From NCBI GenBank assembly GCA_965277285.1, contig OZ255721.1:2208001-2272000 (forward strand): a stretch of 64,000 bases of DNA. Direction: 5' to 3'. Origin of the DNA: Abditibacteriaceae bacterium (GTDB lineage: Bacteria > Armatimonadota > Abditibacteriia > Abditibacteriales > Abditibacteriaceae). Shown one piece after another: positions 40,856 to 53,227 of this stretch (its first letter is position 1; the number at the start of each line of letters is the position of its first letter). Below the pieces are notes generated by a model. That model was not told where the DNA came from and ran no database searches. It saw nothing but the letters and a program-made list of their open reading frames with translations. A program made the translations under genes and the position numbers.

Positions 40856-43800
40856 TTATTTCTGCAGCCAATCTTTCATCAGCGCCAGCAAAGCATCCAC
40901 ATCGACAGGTTTGGCGATGTAATCCGATGCGCCGGCTTGCAGGCATTTTTCTCGGTCGCCAGCCATCGCTTTAGCGGTCAGCGCCAAAATCGGCAACTCT
41001 TCGTAGCCTTCGATATTGCGAATGCGCCGCGTCGTTTCGTAGCCGTCCATGTCCGGCATCATAATGTCCATCAGAATCAGCGCGATGTCGGTCGTTGTGG
41101 TTAAAAGTTGCAAAGCATCCTTGCCGTTTTCGGCAAACAACACTTCGACGCCATAATTTTCCAGCACGCTCGTCAGCGCGAAAATGTTGCGCATATCGTC
41201 ATCGACCGCCAACACCTTGATGCCGCGCAATACGTCCTGCGTGGCGATTGATCCAGTACTCGATGCCTCATCATTGGTTTGCGCCGCGTTTTTGCGCGCG
41301 TTTTTCGGCGTCTTAGTTTTCGCCGAAACTGCACCATCTTGAGGTGTTGCTTTTGATTTTCCTTTTGCTATCGCCAGCGGCGCGCCTTCGGGCTGCTGGG
41401 CTTCAAGTGGTACGGCTTCAGGTGGTATAGCTTCAGGTGTTGCGGATGACGTTGCGGTGACCGTTTGTGAGACACGATGCAGAAAAACTGAGACTTGATC
41501 GAGCAAGCGTTCGGACGAGCTGACATCTTTGGTGATGACCGAAGCGGCGTAGCGCTTGAGTTGGTTTTCCTCGCTTTTTGTCAGGTCTTTGCTGGTGTAA
41601 ATCACGACCGGCAAATCGCGCCATTGATGTTGCGCCTTGAGCGTTTGCAGCAATTCCATACCATCCATGTCGGGCAAGCCGAGATCGAGAATCATGCAAT
41701 CGAAAGTCTTTTCTTTCAACATCTCGAGAGCTTCCGCGCCGCTGCTCACCGCCACTGCGCGCGCATCGGCCTGCCCGATCAGTTCGATCAAACCTGTGCG
41801 CTGCGCCTCGTCGTCTTCAACGATGAGCAGTTCGCGCACCTCGCGCTCGATAAAACTTTTGATGTGGCTGAACGCGCCTTGCAAGGCTTCGCGCGAAACC
41901 GGTTTTTCCATGTAGGAAACTGCGCCCACAGTCGCGCCACGCTCGCGGTCGATGACCGACACGACATGAACCGGAATATGCCGCGTCGTCTCGTCGCGCT
42001 TGAGTTGATCCAGAACCATCCAACCGTCTAAGCGCGGAATTTTCAGGTCGAGCGTAATCGCGTGCGGCAGATATTTGCGCGCCATCTGCAAACCTGTTTC
42101 GCCATCCAGCGCGATCAAGCCTTTGAAGCCAGCGGCGCGCGCCGTGTCAATCAAAATGCGCGCAAAACGCGCGTCGTCTTCAATGACCAGAACAATCGCG
42201 TCGCCCGCCTGGATGTTGTCGCAGTCGTCCGCAACGGCTTCTCCGGGCGTGTTTTCGTCGGCAAAACGTTTCAGTTCGCTTTGAATTTCCCTGTCGCTTT
42301 GGATGGCAACAGCTTCCTTAACGGCGCGCAAATTCGCCGTGGCAGCAATCGTCACCACGTCATTCGAGTACTCGATAATGCCGGCAGAGGAACCAGCAGA
42401 GGAACCCGAAATGCCGCTCAAAGGTCGATTGCCCAAACCGTTTGTGGAGCCTCCGCCCGACGCAGAACCGTTTGACGTAGAGCCGTTTGACGCAGTGCTG
42501 TTCGCTGAAGAACCATTAGCGTCTGGCGAAAGTCCGCTGTTGAATTGTGGCAGGAGCAAGGTGAACGTGCTGCCTGCATCGGGCGCGCTTTCGACGTGGA
42601 TGCGCCCGTTCAGCAAGCGCGTAATTTCGCGGGAGATAGACAAGCCCAAGCCGGTTCCGCCATATTTGCGATTGGTTGTGCCGTCGACTTGTTGAAACGC
42701 TTCAAAGACCAGCTTCTGCTTTTCCTTGGGGATGCCGATGCCGGTGTCACGGACGGCAAAAGCGACTTTTCTACCACCTGGCATTCCCATGGTTTCGTCG
42801 TTTGTCGCAAGGCGCATCGTCAGCGAAACATTGCCGTTTTGCGTGAATTTGAAAGCGTTCGACAAAAGGTTTTTGAGGATTTGGTTCAATCGTCCGGCGT
42901 CGGTTTGAATGAAGGCGGGTGTGCCGGGCGCGATGTCGATGTGGAACTCTAAGCCCTTGCCCTGCGCGACCGGAGTGAACGTACGGCTGACATAATCGCG
43001 CACTTCCTCCAGTGAAACTTCGTCGACTTCGATCTCCATTTTGCCGGATTCGACTTTCGACAAATCCAAAATCTCGTTGATTAGGTTCAGCAAATCGCCG
43101 CCGCTCGAGTAAATCGTCGAAGCGAACTCGGTTTGCTTTGGCGACAGGTTTTTGTCGTTGTTATCGGCCAGCAGCTTGGCCAAAATCAGCATCGAGTTGA
43201 GCGGTGTGCGCAGTTCGTGGCTCATGTTGGCCAAAAACTCCGATTTGTATTTGGAAGAAAGCGCCAATTGTTCGGCCTTTTCTTCCAATGAAGCGCGCGC
43301 CAGCTCGACTTCGCTGTTTTTCTGCTCGACTTTGATGTTCTGTCGTTCCAGTTCTTCCGCTTTTTCTTCCAGTTCGCGCGCCTGCGTTTCCAATTCGGTG
43401 TTGGTGCGCTTGAGTTGATTTTGCTGACTTTGCAATTCCTGCGATTGGTTTTGCAGTTCCTGCGTCAACGACTGCGATTGTTCGAGCAATTCTTCGGTAC
43501 GCATGCTGGCCGAAATCATATTCAGCACAACGCCCACGCTCTCCATCAATTGATCCAGGAACGTCTGGTGAATCGAACTGAATTCCTGGAACGATGCCAG
43601 TTCGATAATCGCCATCAATTCGCCTTCAAACAAGACCGGAAGCACGATGATATTGAGCGGCGCCGCCTCGCCCAGACCAGAATTGATCTGGATGTAATCG
43701 CTGGGAACACGCGTCAGCAGAATGCTTTTCTTTTCCAGCGCACATTGACCAACCAACCCTTCGCCGATGTGAAAGCGATTCGCCACCGATTTACGCTCGC

Positions 43801-46750
43801 GGTACGCATACGAGGACAACAATTTGAGTACTCGATCTCCGCCCGCCATGTCGTGAATATAAAACACGCCGTGATTGGCGCCGACCAAAGGCGTCAACTC
43901 CGACATGATGAGTTGCGCGACCGCTTCGAGATTCTTCTGGCCTTGCATCATGCGCGAAAACCGCGCCAGGTTCGTCTTGAGCCAATCCTGCTCGGTGTTG
44001 AGCTGAGTCGTGCCTTTCAGATTGGAAATCATCTGATTCAAGTTGTTCTTCAAGGCCGACACTTCGCCTTGCGCGTCAACTGTGATCGTTCGCGTCAAAT
44101 CGCCTTCGGTCACAGCCGTCGCCACATCGGAAATCGCGCGCACTTGCACCGTCAAGCTGTTCGCCATGAAGTTGACATTGTCGGTCAGGTCTTTCCAGGT
44201 GCCAGCGACGTTGGGCACGTTCGCTTGTCCGCCCAACTTGCCTTCAGCGCCCACTTCGCGCGCCACCGTCGTGACTTGTTCGGCAAACACCGACAACGTT
44301 TGTGTCATCGAGTTGATCGTTTCGGCCAGCGCCGCGACTTCGCCTTTAGCATCAACCACCAACTTTTGCTGCAAGTCGCCATTAGCAACCGCTGTCACGA
44401 CTTTGACGATGCCGCGCACCTGCGTTGTCAGGTTGCTCGCCATGAAGTTGACATTATCGGTCAAATCTTTCCAGGTGCCTGCGACGTTTGGCACTTTGGC
44501 TTGGCCGCCCAAGATGCCTTCAGTTCCCACTTCGCGCGCCACGCTCGTAACCTGTTCCGCAAAGATACTCAACGTGTCGGTCATCGAGTTGATCGTTTCG
44601 GCCAGCGCCGCGACTTCACCTTTGGCATCGACAACTAACTTCTGCTGCAAGTCTCCGTTGGCAACAGCGGTCACGACCTTGGCGATGCCGCGCACCTGCG
44701 TTGTCAGGTTGCTCGCCATGAAGTTGACGTTATCGGTCAAATCTTTCCAGGTTCCCGAAACGCCCTTGACTTCAGCTTGTCCGCCCAGCTTGCCTTCGGT
44801 TCCCACTTCGCGTGCCACGCGCGTGACTTCCGCCGCGAACGAGTTCAACTGATCGACCATCACGTTGATGGTGTTCTTCAACTCCGAAATCTCGCCGCGC
44901 GCATCGACCGTAATTTTCTGTGACAAATCGCCGTTAGCCACCGCTGTAGTGACAAGTGCGATGTTGCGCACCTGATTGGTCAGGTTGCCCGCCAAGCCGT
45001 TCACGTTATCGGTCAGGTCTTTCCAGGTTCCCGAAACGCCCTTGACTTCGGCTTGTCCGCCCAACTTGCCTTCGGTTCCCACTTCGCGTGCCACGCGCGT
45101 GACTTCCGCCGCGAACGAGTTGAGTTGATCGACCATCACGTTGATGGTGTTCTTCAACTCCAACATTTCGCCTTTCACATCGACCGTAATTTTCTGTGAC
45201 AAATCACCGTTAGCCACCGCTGTTGTCACTAAAGCGATGTTACGCACCTGATTGGTCAGGTTGCCCGCCAAGCCGTTCACGTTATCAGTGAGGTCTTTCC
45301 AGGTTCCCGAAACGCCTTTAACTTCAGCTTGTCCGCCCAGCTTGCCTTCGGTTCCCACTTCGCGCGCCACGCGCGTGACTTCGGCGGAAAAAGACGAAAG
45401 CTGATCGACCATCGTGTTGATGGTGTTCTTCAACTCCAGCATTTCGCCTTTCACATCGACCGTAATCTTCTGTGACAAATCGCCGTTGGCGACCGCTGTT
45501 GTCACTAAAGCGATGTTGCGCACCTGATTGGTCAGGTTGCCTGCCAAACCGTTGACGCTATCGGTCAGGTTTTTCCAGGTGCCAGCCACATTCGGTACGT
45601 CAGCTTGTCCGCCCAGCTTTCCTTCGGTTCCGACCTCGCGCGCCACCGTTGTTACCTGCTCGGCGAAGATGCTCAAGGTTTGCGTCATCGAGTTGATGGT
45701 GTCGGCGAGTGCTGCGACTTCACCTTTGGCGTCAACCACCAACTTTTGCTGCAAGTCTCCGTTGGCAACTGCTGTCACGACCTTGACGATGCCGCGCACC
45801 TGCGTCGTCAGGTTGCTCGCCATGAAGTTGACGTTGTCGGTCAAATCTTTCCAGGTGCCAGCGACGTTTGGCACTTTGGCTTGTCCGCCCAAGATGCCTT
45901 CAGTTCCCACTTCGCGCGCCACGCCCGTGACTTGTTCGGCAAAAACCGATAGCGTGTCGGTCATCGAGTTGATGGTTTCAGCCAGCGCCGCGACTTCGCC
46001 TTTAGCATCGACCACTAACTTTTGCGATAGGTCTCCGTTAGCAACCGCTGTCACGACTTTGACGATGCCGCGCACCTGTGTTGTCAGGTTGCTCGCCATT
46101 TGATTGACATTATCGGTCAAATCTTTCCAGGTGCCGGAAACACCTTTAACTTCAGCTTGTCCGCCCAGCTTGCCTTCGGTTCCCACTTCGCGCGCCACGC
46201 GCGTGACTTCGGCGGAAAAAGACGAAAGCTGATCGACCATCGTGTTGACGGTTGTGCGGATGCGCAGAAACTCGCCTTTAACCGGCGTGCCTTCGATTTC
46301 GAGCGCCATTTTTTGGCTGAGATCGCCTTCGGCCACAGCGGTAATGACGCGCGCGATTTCGGTTGTCGGGCGCGCGAAGTCGGTGATCAGGGAATTGATC
46401 GAATCGACACTTTCTTGCCAGGAACCTTGCGCCAGGCGAATCGAAGCCCGCTCGGTCATGCGGCCTTCGCGCCCGACGATGCGCCCTATGCGCACCACTT
46501 CGCCCGAAAGCGTTTCGTTCAGTTCGACAACATCGTTAAAAGTTTGATAAATCTCCGACAAAATGCCGTTGCGTGCAGTTTGTCCATTGAGACGAGAAGA
46601 AAAATCGCCGTTGCGCGCGGCACGCAATGCGTTCAACAAAGGCTGCAATTGTTCGGCGCTATAAACTTCAGGCGCTGCGCCATCGTTAGGCTGACCATGG
46701 GCTGCAGTGCCGTTGCGTTTGGATGTAGAAGAAGGAGAACGAACAGCCAT
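40856..46750 (-). CDS. Poly-HAMP-GAF-HisKA-HATPase hybrid kinase with three REC domains
   Basis: About nine 92-aa units ([23 protein letters not shown]), [17 protein letters not shown], three receiver domains. Confidence 0.95.
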   Translation of the reverse strand: MAVRSPSSTSKRNGTAAHGQPNDGAAPEVYSAEQLQPLLNALRAARNGDFSSRLNGQTARNGILSEIYQTFNDVVELNETLSGEVVRIGRIVGREGRMTERASIRLAQGSWQESVDSINSLITDFARPTTEIARVITAVAEGDLSQKMALEIEGTPVKGEFLRIRTTVNTMVDQLSSFSAEVTRVAREVGTEGKLGGQAEVKGVSGTWKDLTDNVNQMASNLTTQVRGIVKVVTAVANGDLSQKLVVDAKGEVAALAETINSMTDTLSVFAEQVTGVAREVGTEGILGGQAKVPNVAGTWKDLTDNVNFMASNLTTQVRGIVKVVTAVANGDLQQKLVVDAKGEVAALADTINSMTQTLSIFAEQVTTVAREVGTEGKLGGQADVPNVAGTWKNLTDSVNGLAGNLTNQVRNIALVTTAVANGDLSQKITVDVKGEMLELKNTINTMVDQLSSFSAEVTRVAREVGTEGKLGGQAEVKGVSGTWKDLTDNVNGLAGNLTNQVRNIALVTTAVANGDLSQKITVDVKGEMLELKNTINVMVDQLNSFAAEVTRVAREVGTEGKLGGQAEVKGVSGTWKDLTDNVNGLAGNLTNQVRNIALVTTAVANGDLSQKITVDARGEISELKNTINVMVDQLNSFAAEVTRVAREVGTEGKLGGQAEVKGVSGTWKDLTDNVNFMASNLTTQVRGIAKVVTAVANGDLQQKLVVDAKGEVAALAETINSMTDTLSIFAEQVTSVAREVGTEGILGGQAKVPNVAGTWKDLTDNVNFMASNLTTQVRGIVKVVTAVANGDLQQKLVVDAKGEVAALAETINSMTQTLSVFAEQVTTVAREVGAEGKLGGQANVPNVAGTWKDLTDNVNFMANSLTVQVRAISDVATAVTEGDLTRTITVDAQGEVSALKNNLNQMISNLKGTTQLNTEQDWLKTNLARFSRMMQGQKNLEAVAQLIMSELTPLVGANHGVFYIHDMAGGDRVLKLLSSYAYRERKSVANRFHIGEGLVGQCALEKKSILLTRVPSDYIQINSGLGEAAPLNIIVLPVLFEGELMAIIELASFQEFSSIHQTFLDQLMESVGVVLNMISASMRTEELLEQSQSLTQELQNQSQELQSQQNQLKRTNTELETQARELEEKAEELERQNIKVEQKNSEVELARASLEEKAEQLALSSKYKSEFLANMSHELRTPLNSMLILAKLLADNNDKNLSPKQTEFASTIYSSGGDLLNLINEILDLSKVESGKMEIEVDEVSLEEVRDYVSRTFTPVAQGKGLEFHIDIAPGTPAFIQTDAGRLNQILKNLLSNAFKFTQNGNVSLTMRLATNDETMGMPGGRKVAFAVRDTGIGIPKEKQKLVFEAFQQVDGTTNRKYGGTGLGLSISREITRLLNGRIHVESAPDAGSTFTLLLPQFNSGLSPDANGSSANSTASNGSTSNGSASGGGSTNGLGNRPLSGISGSSAGSSAGIIEYSNDVVTIAATANLRAVKEAVAIQSDREIQSELKRFADENTPGEAVADDCDNIQAGDAIVLVIEDDARFARILIDTARAAGFKGLIALDGETGLQMARKYLPHAITLDLKIPRLDGWMVLDQLKRDETTRHIPVHVVSVIDRERGATVGAVSYMEKPVSREALQGAFSHIKSFIEREVRELLIVEDDEAQRTGLIELIGQADARAVAVSSGAEALEMLKEKTFDCMILDLGLPDMDGMELLQTLKAQHQWRDLPVVIYTSKDLTKSEENQLKRYAASVITKDVSSSERLLDQVSVFLHRVSQTVTATSSATPEAIPPEAVPLEAQQPEGAPLAIAKGKSKATPQDGAVSAKTKTPKNARKNAAQTNDEASSTGSIATQDVLRGIKVLAVDDDMRNIFALTSVLENYGVEVLFAENGKDALQLLTTTTDIALILMDIMMPDMDGYETTRRIRNIEGYEELPILALTAKAMAGDREKCLQAGASDYIAKPVDVDALLALMKDWLQK

Positions 46751-47159
46751 AAAACTCCTCGGAACGAGTACTCGATTTCCAGTGGCAACATGTGCGACGT
46801 CGCCAGATGCAGCATTTTACTTCATCGTGAACTTGACAATCTTTTTGCGTAAAAGGTGACCTTAAAGTAAAAATTTAAACGTGCGCAGCAATTCACGAAC
46901 GATGATACGCTAATGCAAAACCAGAGCACGCGAGTCAAACAATTGTAACTAATTGAGCCGCAACGAATTTACCAAAGCGAAAGTGCGATGCAGAAGCTAC
47001 CCGATACACTTTCCGGATATAAAATCTCCGGGTGAGTCCCGTGGTGAAACGACAGGCCGTTGAGCAATAGGCGACCCGACAGGCGATTCGACAAGAAACT
47101 CAGGCGATGCCGTAACGTACGACCCCGGCATCGCTTGAGTTTCTTGTCGAAGCTCACTC

Positions 47160-49115
47160 TTACCAGCCGACGCGGAAGATCATTCCCTTCGGGTTCGTGG
47201 GCGTCAGATACGCCGCCTGATTGTTCACGTCGTCATAGGGGAAGCCGTAGGCGAGGTGATTTATCGCGTGATTGTGCCAGAACTGCGCGTAATAGTTCGC
47301 CGGCGCCGCCTTGTAGTAGGTGGTGGGGTCGGTCCAGGTGGACTGGGGATTGGTGTAAACGTGGCGGTTGAGCGCTGCACATGTTGCTGGGTTCGCCGCG
47401 CCGCCGGTTCCCAGCAGAATGTCCTGCGTGGAGATGTTGCTGTACGACGCGAAGTAGTTTCCGTTTGGCTGCCCCGCTGCGAACGAGCCATGATTTGGAG
47501 CGACGATGCGATACGGAGCCTGCACCGTGCCCAAGCTCTTGAACTCAGCAGGAACCTCGTTCTGGTACTCGTTGAAGAGCCCGGCGCGCGTTTCTGATTC
47601 CAGATCGCCGACCGTCTGATCGAAGCTGCCGTCCATGTTGACAACGCGGTGCTGAAGCGGAAAGCCAAACATATCTACTCGCGTGACGTTTCCGTGGTAG
47701 CCGTATTGATCCAACGTGAACTCGGTGAAGTCGAAGATCACGTTGTAGTTCGGGTCGCCTGAGTTGTTGATGTCGGGGCCGGCAAAGCCGTTGTCAAAGG
47801 TCTTGATGTAGCAGGGAGAACCGACGCTGAGGAACATGCGGGCCGAAGTAATCTTCGGCAGATTGACCCACTGCTTCTGGCTGACGGTGGAGTAAATGTT
47901 GGCGTAGTTGACGCCGTTCTTGGTCAAATGTCCCGGCGCGTCGTTCAAGGCCAGTGAGACCGGCTGAAGGTTGCCGTTGATGTCCAGATACGCCCAACGG
48001 TTGCCGTTGGCCGGATCCTGTCCGATGACGCCCCAGTAGATCTGGTTGTCGGCATATGTGCCGTTCGTGCCGTTCATGACGCGCATCGAAATGGAGCCGC
48101 TGCCCACGGGTGTGGGAATGGAGGACACCGGAACCGAGTAGATCGAGTTAGAGGCGCCGGCGGGAGCCACGTCACCCCGCTCGAGTGAGAATTCCTGCCA
48201 CGGGTTTGCATTGTCAGGGTACTGTTGGAGTGGGACGTTATTGGCCGTGTTGCCGCCAGGAATGTCCCAGCTCATACCATCATGCCCAAAGTAAAACTTG
48301 AACTTGCCATCTGTCTTCGGCACGATACGGATTTCTTGGTCGCCGATGTTGTTAGGATTGTAGTCCCACAAGTGGCAGTTGGCGGCGGCGGCGGTGGAGG
48401 CGTTTTGCACGCACAGCACACGACTCGGCGCGTTGAGACTCGCCAGGCCGTAGAAGCCGTCACCAACGCTGTTGAACTGCCACTTGAACCAGGGATTGTT
48501 TTCCTGGAGGTACTGGATGATAGGGCTGCCGTTGGTGCTGCCCTGGTTCTGGACACAGATGTATTTGCCGCTCGACGCGCGAACATAGTAGCTGCCCCAC
48601 GGCTGCAGGCGCCACTTCTGGGCGGAGCTGTTGTTCGGACCCCACTGCTGCACCATGGCGTTGTCAGCGGTGCTGGAATTGGACACGTCCATGTACAGGC
48701 CGCTGAACACGTTTCGGATGTAGTACCAGCCATTGCCCGCATCTACCAGATCCCACTGCTGACTGGGGTCGGTGCTATAGTCCCATGCCCATAGCTGTGC
48801 GCCCCAGTTCGTCGAGTCATTGGCGACCGAGACCGCCTTGCCGCTGACCCACGAGATGATCTCGAAATGGGCGCCATCTGCGGTGGGAACCAGTGCCCAG
48901 CGCTGGTTCGGGCTGTTATTGTCGTAGGTCCATTGGTTGGTTACGGCGCCGTTGGCCGTGCTGCCGCCGATCAGATCCAGCGCCTTGCCGCTGTTCTGGT
49001 TCACAATCATGAAATAGGCTTGGTTGGTCGACAGCTGCGCCTGCGCCTTTGACATCCCTACCATCAGGAATGCCAGAAGCAGCAGAACTGCTTTCACGAC
49101 GAAGTTGAGTTTCAT
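47160..49115 (-). CDS. Secreted ricin/CBM13 x2 plus GH64-like beta-1,3-glucanase
   Basis: Signal peptide, QxW repeats, DFTEFT, NVTRVDMFG, AYGFPYDD. Confidence 0.87.
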   Translation of the reverse strand: MKLNFVVKAVLLLLAFLMVGMSKAQAQLSTNQAYFMIVNQNSGKALDLIGGSTANGAVTNQWTYDNNSPNQRWALVPTADGAHFEIISWVSGKAVSVANDSTNWGAQLWAWDYSTDPSQQWDLVDAGNGWYYIRNVFSGLYMDVSNSSTADNAMVQQWGPNNSSAQKWRLQPWGSYYVRASSGKYICVQNQGSTNGSPIIQYLQENNPWFKWQFNSVGDGFYGLASLNAPSRVLCVQNASTAAAANCHLWDYNPNNIGDQEIRIVPKTDGKFKFYFGHDGMSWDIPGGNTANNVPLQQYPDNANPWQEFSLERGDVAPAGASNSIYSVPVSSIPTPVGSGSISMRVMNGTNGTYADNQIYWGVIGQDPANGNRWAYLDINGNLQPVSLALNDAPGHLTKNGVNYANIYSTVSQKQWVNLPKITSARMFLSVGSPCYIKTFDNGFAGPDINNSGDPNYNVIFDFTEFTLDQYGYHGNVTRVDMFGFPLQHRVVNMDGSFDQTVGDLESETRAGLFNEYQNEVPAEFKSLGTVQAPYRIVAPNHGSFAAGQPNGNYFASYSNISTQDILLGTGGAANPATCAALNRHVYTNPQSTWTDPTTYYKAAPANYYAQFWHNHAINHLAYGFPYDDVNNQAAYLTPTNPKGMIFRVGW

Positions 49116-49861
49116 AAATACCCTTTGTCCTTTGCGTCATACTCGGTGAAAAACAAGGCGGGCGCTCAGACCACCTACCCTGAGAGGAGCCGGATGAAGC
49201 GAGAATCGTTACGACGTCCTTTCGAGTGAGAATCCATGCCACAGGTTTCCATTGCCGGAATACTGCAGCAGCAGAACATTAACAGAACGTTGTTGGCCGT
49301 GTTCCAGAAAGCGGCTCTGGACGGCGGCGGAACATCCGACGACTTGAATGCGGAGTGCGCGCGGCACGAACGCAATCGCTGATGTCAGGAGCAGCAAAGC
49401 CGTAGTGGTGATGTGTTTGATTTTTATCGTGTTCTGGTCTGATCGTGAACTCAGTACCGGAACAAACGTAATAATCTACAGCGCCTCCTCTGTTGTAGGA
49501 AGCTTGCAAAGTATTCGATGACAATTGCACGAACATTGGTGCGGAACGCGTTGTCCGCGCCTCCTCGTTATTTAGCTCGCATTTCTATCGACGCAATTAA
49601 GTCGTGCATTCCAGCGAGTACTTTCGCTCCATCGTGCCGTCGTTTGGTTAGCAAGTTGATTCCACGGGTCGGTGGCGCCTGTTGCACCATCAAGGAGCAC
49701 AGCGTTGACGCTGTGCTCTGTTGTGAAATCGGATTGTGTTTTTCTCCTTTTAATCATAAAGTCACTGCAACAACCGCTATGCGATGGGTGCCTCGAAGAG
49801 AAAGCCGCAGGTCACAGCCTCAGTGAAATCTCAGCCGAAAGGTTTGACCTTTTTGTGCGCA

Positions 49862-49889
49862 TATTTTGCGCATACGTATGCGCAAAATA
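49862..49889. promoter_or_regulatory. Perfect 28-bp palindrome, candidate LacI-type operator
   Basis: TATTTTGCGCATACGTATGCGCAAAATA. Confidence 0.5.
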
Positions 49890-50316
49890 CCGCTTCGTAT
49901 TCCTTAACCCAATGTCACTGACCAATGGGAAAGATATGTCTTTGGCTGACGCAGGCGACAATGTAATATTCGGCTGTTGTAGAGCCTGAGTTTTTCAAGA
50001 CCACCCTAATGCACGCCTCTATCCTCTAACCTGCCGCGCGGTTGAGTTCCTCCCATCTGCCGGATCCAATGTAAGTCGAGGCACGAAGCCTTCACGGGCT
50101 TCAGAGTTCCGGCGCGCTCAGGCCACTGCATATTGAAAGGAGAGCGATAGTGCAGATTCATTATACCCATGGGCAGCAATTTTCAAACATTTGCTGCGTC
50201 AATTGACCTTGTCCCCGAAGTTATCACAGTGAGAAGTGGAGTATTTCTTGTTGGTTCTTCTGTGCCCAAACAGCAGGCGGCAACTAAGAGTCTATCCGAA
50301 TAGGCATTGATTCTTA

Positions 50317-51173
50317 GAGGGTGTATAGGAAAGGGTTAGACTTACATTTATGAAACGCCAGAGCTATCCCAGTGATTTGAGCGAGGCACAATGGCAAGTG
50401 CTGCGCCCTTTGATCGAGCCACAGCGTGCGCGCGGTACGCGCAGGCTTTACGCCCAACGCGAGATCGTCAACGCTTTGTTGTATCAGTTGACCAACGGCT
50501 GCTCGTGGCGTGCTTTGCCTCACGATTTTCCGCCTTACACTGTGGTTTGGTATCACTTCCGGCGCCGGCGTGACAACGGCACTCTCGAAGGTATCCACAG
50601 TTCGTTGCGTTCTCAAGTGCGCCAGGCCGATGGACGGGATGAGGCGCCCAGCGCAGCGATTCTGGACAGCCAGAGCGTCAAAACCACAGAAAAAGGGGGC
50701 CAAAAGGCTTTGATGCAGCCAAGAAAATAAAAGGGCGCAAGCGTCATATTCTGGTGGATACCAACGGCTTGTTGTTGCAAGTGTGTGTTCATGCTGCCAA
50801 CGTTCAAGAGCGTGACGGAGCCAAATTACTTTTGCAAGACAAAGCCCTGTGGCGCTTTCCTTCACAACGTTTGCAGTTGATTTGGGCGGATGCAGGCTAC
50901 TGGGGACACAAGTTCGCGGCTTGGGTGCGAGAAAACTGTGGCGTTGCGCTCCGAGTGATAAGCCGCAATGCCCTGGTGAACCGTCAATATGAAAACAAAG
51001 GCTACGTGCCGTTGCCGCGTCGCTGGGTTGTCGAAAGAACTTTTGCATGGTTGGGAAGATGTCGAAGGCTTTCAAAAGACTATGAGCAAAATGTCAAATC
51101 AAGTGAAACCTGGATTTATCTCGCCATGATCCGGCTTATGCTCCGAAGGCTTGCGTGATTCCTATACACCCTC
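50317..51173 (+). mobile_element. IS5-family insertion sequence (two-ORF frameshift type)
   Basis: Perfect TIR GAGGGTGTATAGGAA / TTCCTATACACCCTC; orfA 50350-50730, AAAAAGGGGG site, orfB to 51158. Confidence 0.93.
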
Positions 51174-51235
51174 TGAGTGAAACGAAGAATCTCATTGGAG
51201 TTAGAATCTTCACTGCGCTCAGAATGACAAACTGC
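51174..51235. repeat. Family-A repeat abutting the IS end
   Basis: TGAGTGAAACGAAGAATCT...AGAATCTTCACTGCGCTCAGAATGACAAACTGC. Confidence 0.75.
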
Positions 51236-51317
51236 GAGTTTGATGGCTTTCTCTAATTCCTTTACGCGCTGAGTTTCGCTTCGTTTGACCGTTCACGTTT
51301 TGTGATGTGAAGCTTTT

Positions 51318-53198
51318 ATGAAAACGCTTTCTTTTCGAGTACTCGATAGGCGCACCCCCAAAATGGGACGCGCTTTGTTGGGTTGTCTTTTATTGGCGCC
51401 ACTTTGTGCGCGTGCGCAGACGAATGTTCCCGTCGCGGGCACCACAACGTCGGCGACGCTCGATACGAGCGCGCCTTTGACTTTGGATCAAAGCATTCAA
51501 ATCGCGTTGCGGATGCAGGGCAACATCGGCGCGGCGCAGGAAAATTTTGTCAGCGCGCAACAAAATGTGGTGTCAGCGCGCTCGAATTATTTCCCGCAAG
51601 TCAACGCCAACGTCGGCTACGATTACTTCAACGGTTCGCGCTCGGTCAGCGGCTTCAGCAATACGGGAACGGGCGGCACCACAATTTACCGCAGTTCCAC
51701 GACTTCGGCGACCACGACCGGACTAAGCGTTTCGCAAAACTTGTTCGATAGCGGTCGCACGCGCGCTCAAGTGCGCCAGGCGCAAGCGCAAACCTTGAAC
51801 GCTGTCGGCGGTTTCGGCAATGCGCGCAGCACGCTGGCGTATGAAGTGGCGACGCGCTTTTACGACCAGTTGCAGCAGGAAAAACTGGTCGCGCAATACA
51901 ACGGACAAGTCGCGCTGGCGCAGCAACAATTGGAACAAATCCAGGCGCAAGTCGAAGCCGGCGTGTCGGCGCGCGTTGATGTGCAAACCGTTCAAGTCAC
52001 GCTGAGCCAGGCGCGATTCAATCTGGCCACAGCGCAAACCGACTTGCAAAGCGCGCAAAGCAATTTTCGTAACGCTCTGGGTTTGGGCATCGGCGGGCCG
52101 CTGCGCTTGCAGGAATCGGCCTTGTCGCAGCAAGTCGCGCCCGTCGTCGTTCCCGCGCCAATCTCCGCAACAGGTGACGCCGCCACAAATCCAGTACTCG
52201 AATCGTCCTCTGCCAACGCCGCAATCGCTTCCACAACGCCAACTTCCACAACACCATCAGTTGTAAATGCAACGCCCGCAATTGTGACCGTGCCTTCAAC
52301 GCCTGCGCCAAACGTTACGGCAAGTGCTTCATCAATGCCTGCGCCAAACGCTGTGTCGACGCCTTCTCAAAACTCTTCGTCTGCATCAGCAACGCCAACA
52401 TCGACGCCAAGTACGGCATCAACAACGACTGCGACAACGGTTGCGGCATCGACGCCCATTCCTACCGCGACGCCGATGCCGATTGCCACAGCGACGCCCG
52501 AAGCGTTGCCGGAATTGCCGGAATTGGCGAGCTTGGATTCATACTTGGCCGAAGCGCGACGCTTGCGCCCCGATTTGGTGCAGGCGCGCGCGACTGTGCA
52601 AAGCAGCGAAGCGGCGGTTTCTCTGGCCAAAATTGCCGAGCGTCCGCAAATCACAGCGACGGCGGGTTACAACATCGACCCGCGCACGACGCAGGATCGC
52701 GGGCTGACCGTCAGCGCCGGATTGTCGATTCCGATTTTCGATGCGGGCGGTCGTCGCGCCGATGTTCGCGCCGCGCAAGCGACTTTGACGGGCAACCAGA
52801 TTCGCCTGGCGCAAACCGACAAAGACGTGGCGTCCGATGTTCAGACGGCTTATGTCGCCATCAGCGGCCAGGTCGCGCGCATTTCCAACGCCCGCGATCT
52901 GGTGCAATCGGCGCAAATCAATCTCGAGACCGCGATCGAACGTTATCGCCTGGGTTTGGGCATTGTGCTCGATGTGGTGAATGCGCAAACGCAATTGTTC
53001 AGTGCACAAACCAGCGCGACACAAGCCGTTTTCGATTACGAACTGTCGCTGGCTAACCTCGACCGCGCGGTCGGGCGCTTCGCCTGGGCTGACCCGAATC
53101 AGGCGCCGCCAGCGCAAGCGCCAACAACGATTCCGACTGCGATTGCGGTTCCCAATGCGACGCTGGTTTCCGATGTGAACGCTGCGAAAAATCATTAA
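51318..53198 (+). CDS. TolC-family outer membrane efflux protein
   Basis: Two OEP repeats (LTLDQSIQIAL, PIFDAG), long S/T/P/A insert. Confidence 0.88.
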   Translation: MKTLSFRVLDRRTPKMGRALLGCLLLAPLCARAQTNVPVAGTTTSATLDTSAPLTLDQSIQIALRMQGNIGAAQENFVSAQQNVVSARSNYFPQVNANVGYDYFNGSRSVSGFSNTGTGGTTIYRSSTTSATTTGLSVSQNLFDSGRTRAQVRQAQAQTLNAVGGFGNARSTLAYEVATRFYDQLQQEKLVAQYNGQVALAQQQLEQIQAQVEAGVSARVDVQTVQVTLSQARFNLATAQTDLQSAQSNFRNALGLGIGGPLRLQESALSQQVAPVVVPAPISATGDAATNPVLESSSANAAIASTTPTSTTPSVVNATPAIVTVPSTPAPNVTASASSMPAPNAVSTPSQNSSSASATPTSTPSTASTTTATTVAASTPIPTATPMPIATATPEALPELPELASLDSYLAEARRLRPDLVQARATVQSSEAAVSLAKIAERPQITATAGYNIDPRTTQDRGLTVSAGLSIPIFDAGGRRADVRAAQATLTGNQIRLAQTDKDVASDVQTAYVAISGQVARISNARDLVQSAQINLETAIERYRLGLGIVLDVVNAQTQLFSAQTSATQAVFDYELSLANLDRAVGRFAWADPNQAPPAQAPTTIPTAIAVPNATLVSDVNAAKNH

Positions 53199-53227
53199 AA
53201 CGTTCCAACATCATAAAGAAAACGATC

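Noticed and set aside
43415..46852. Long plus-strand ORFs opposite the HAMP kinase, and similar antisense ORFs elsewhere
   Set aside because: Shadow ORFs produced by codon bias of the real opposite-strand genes.
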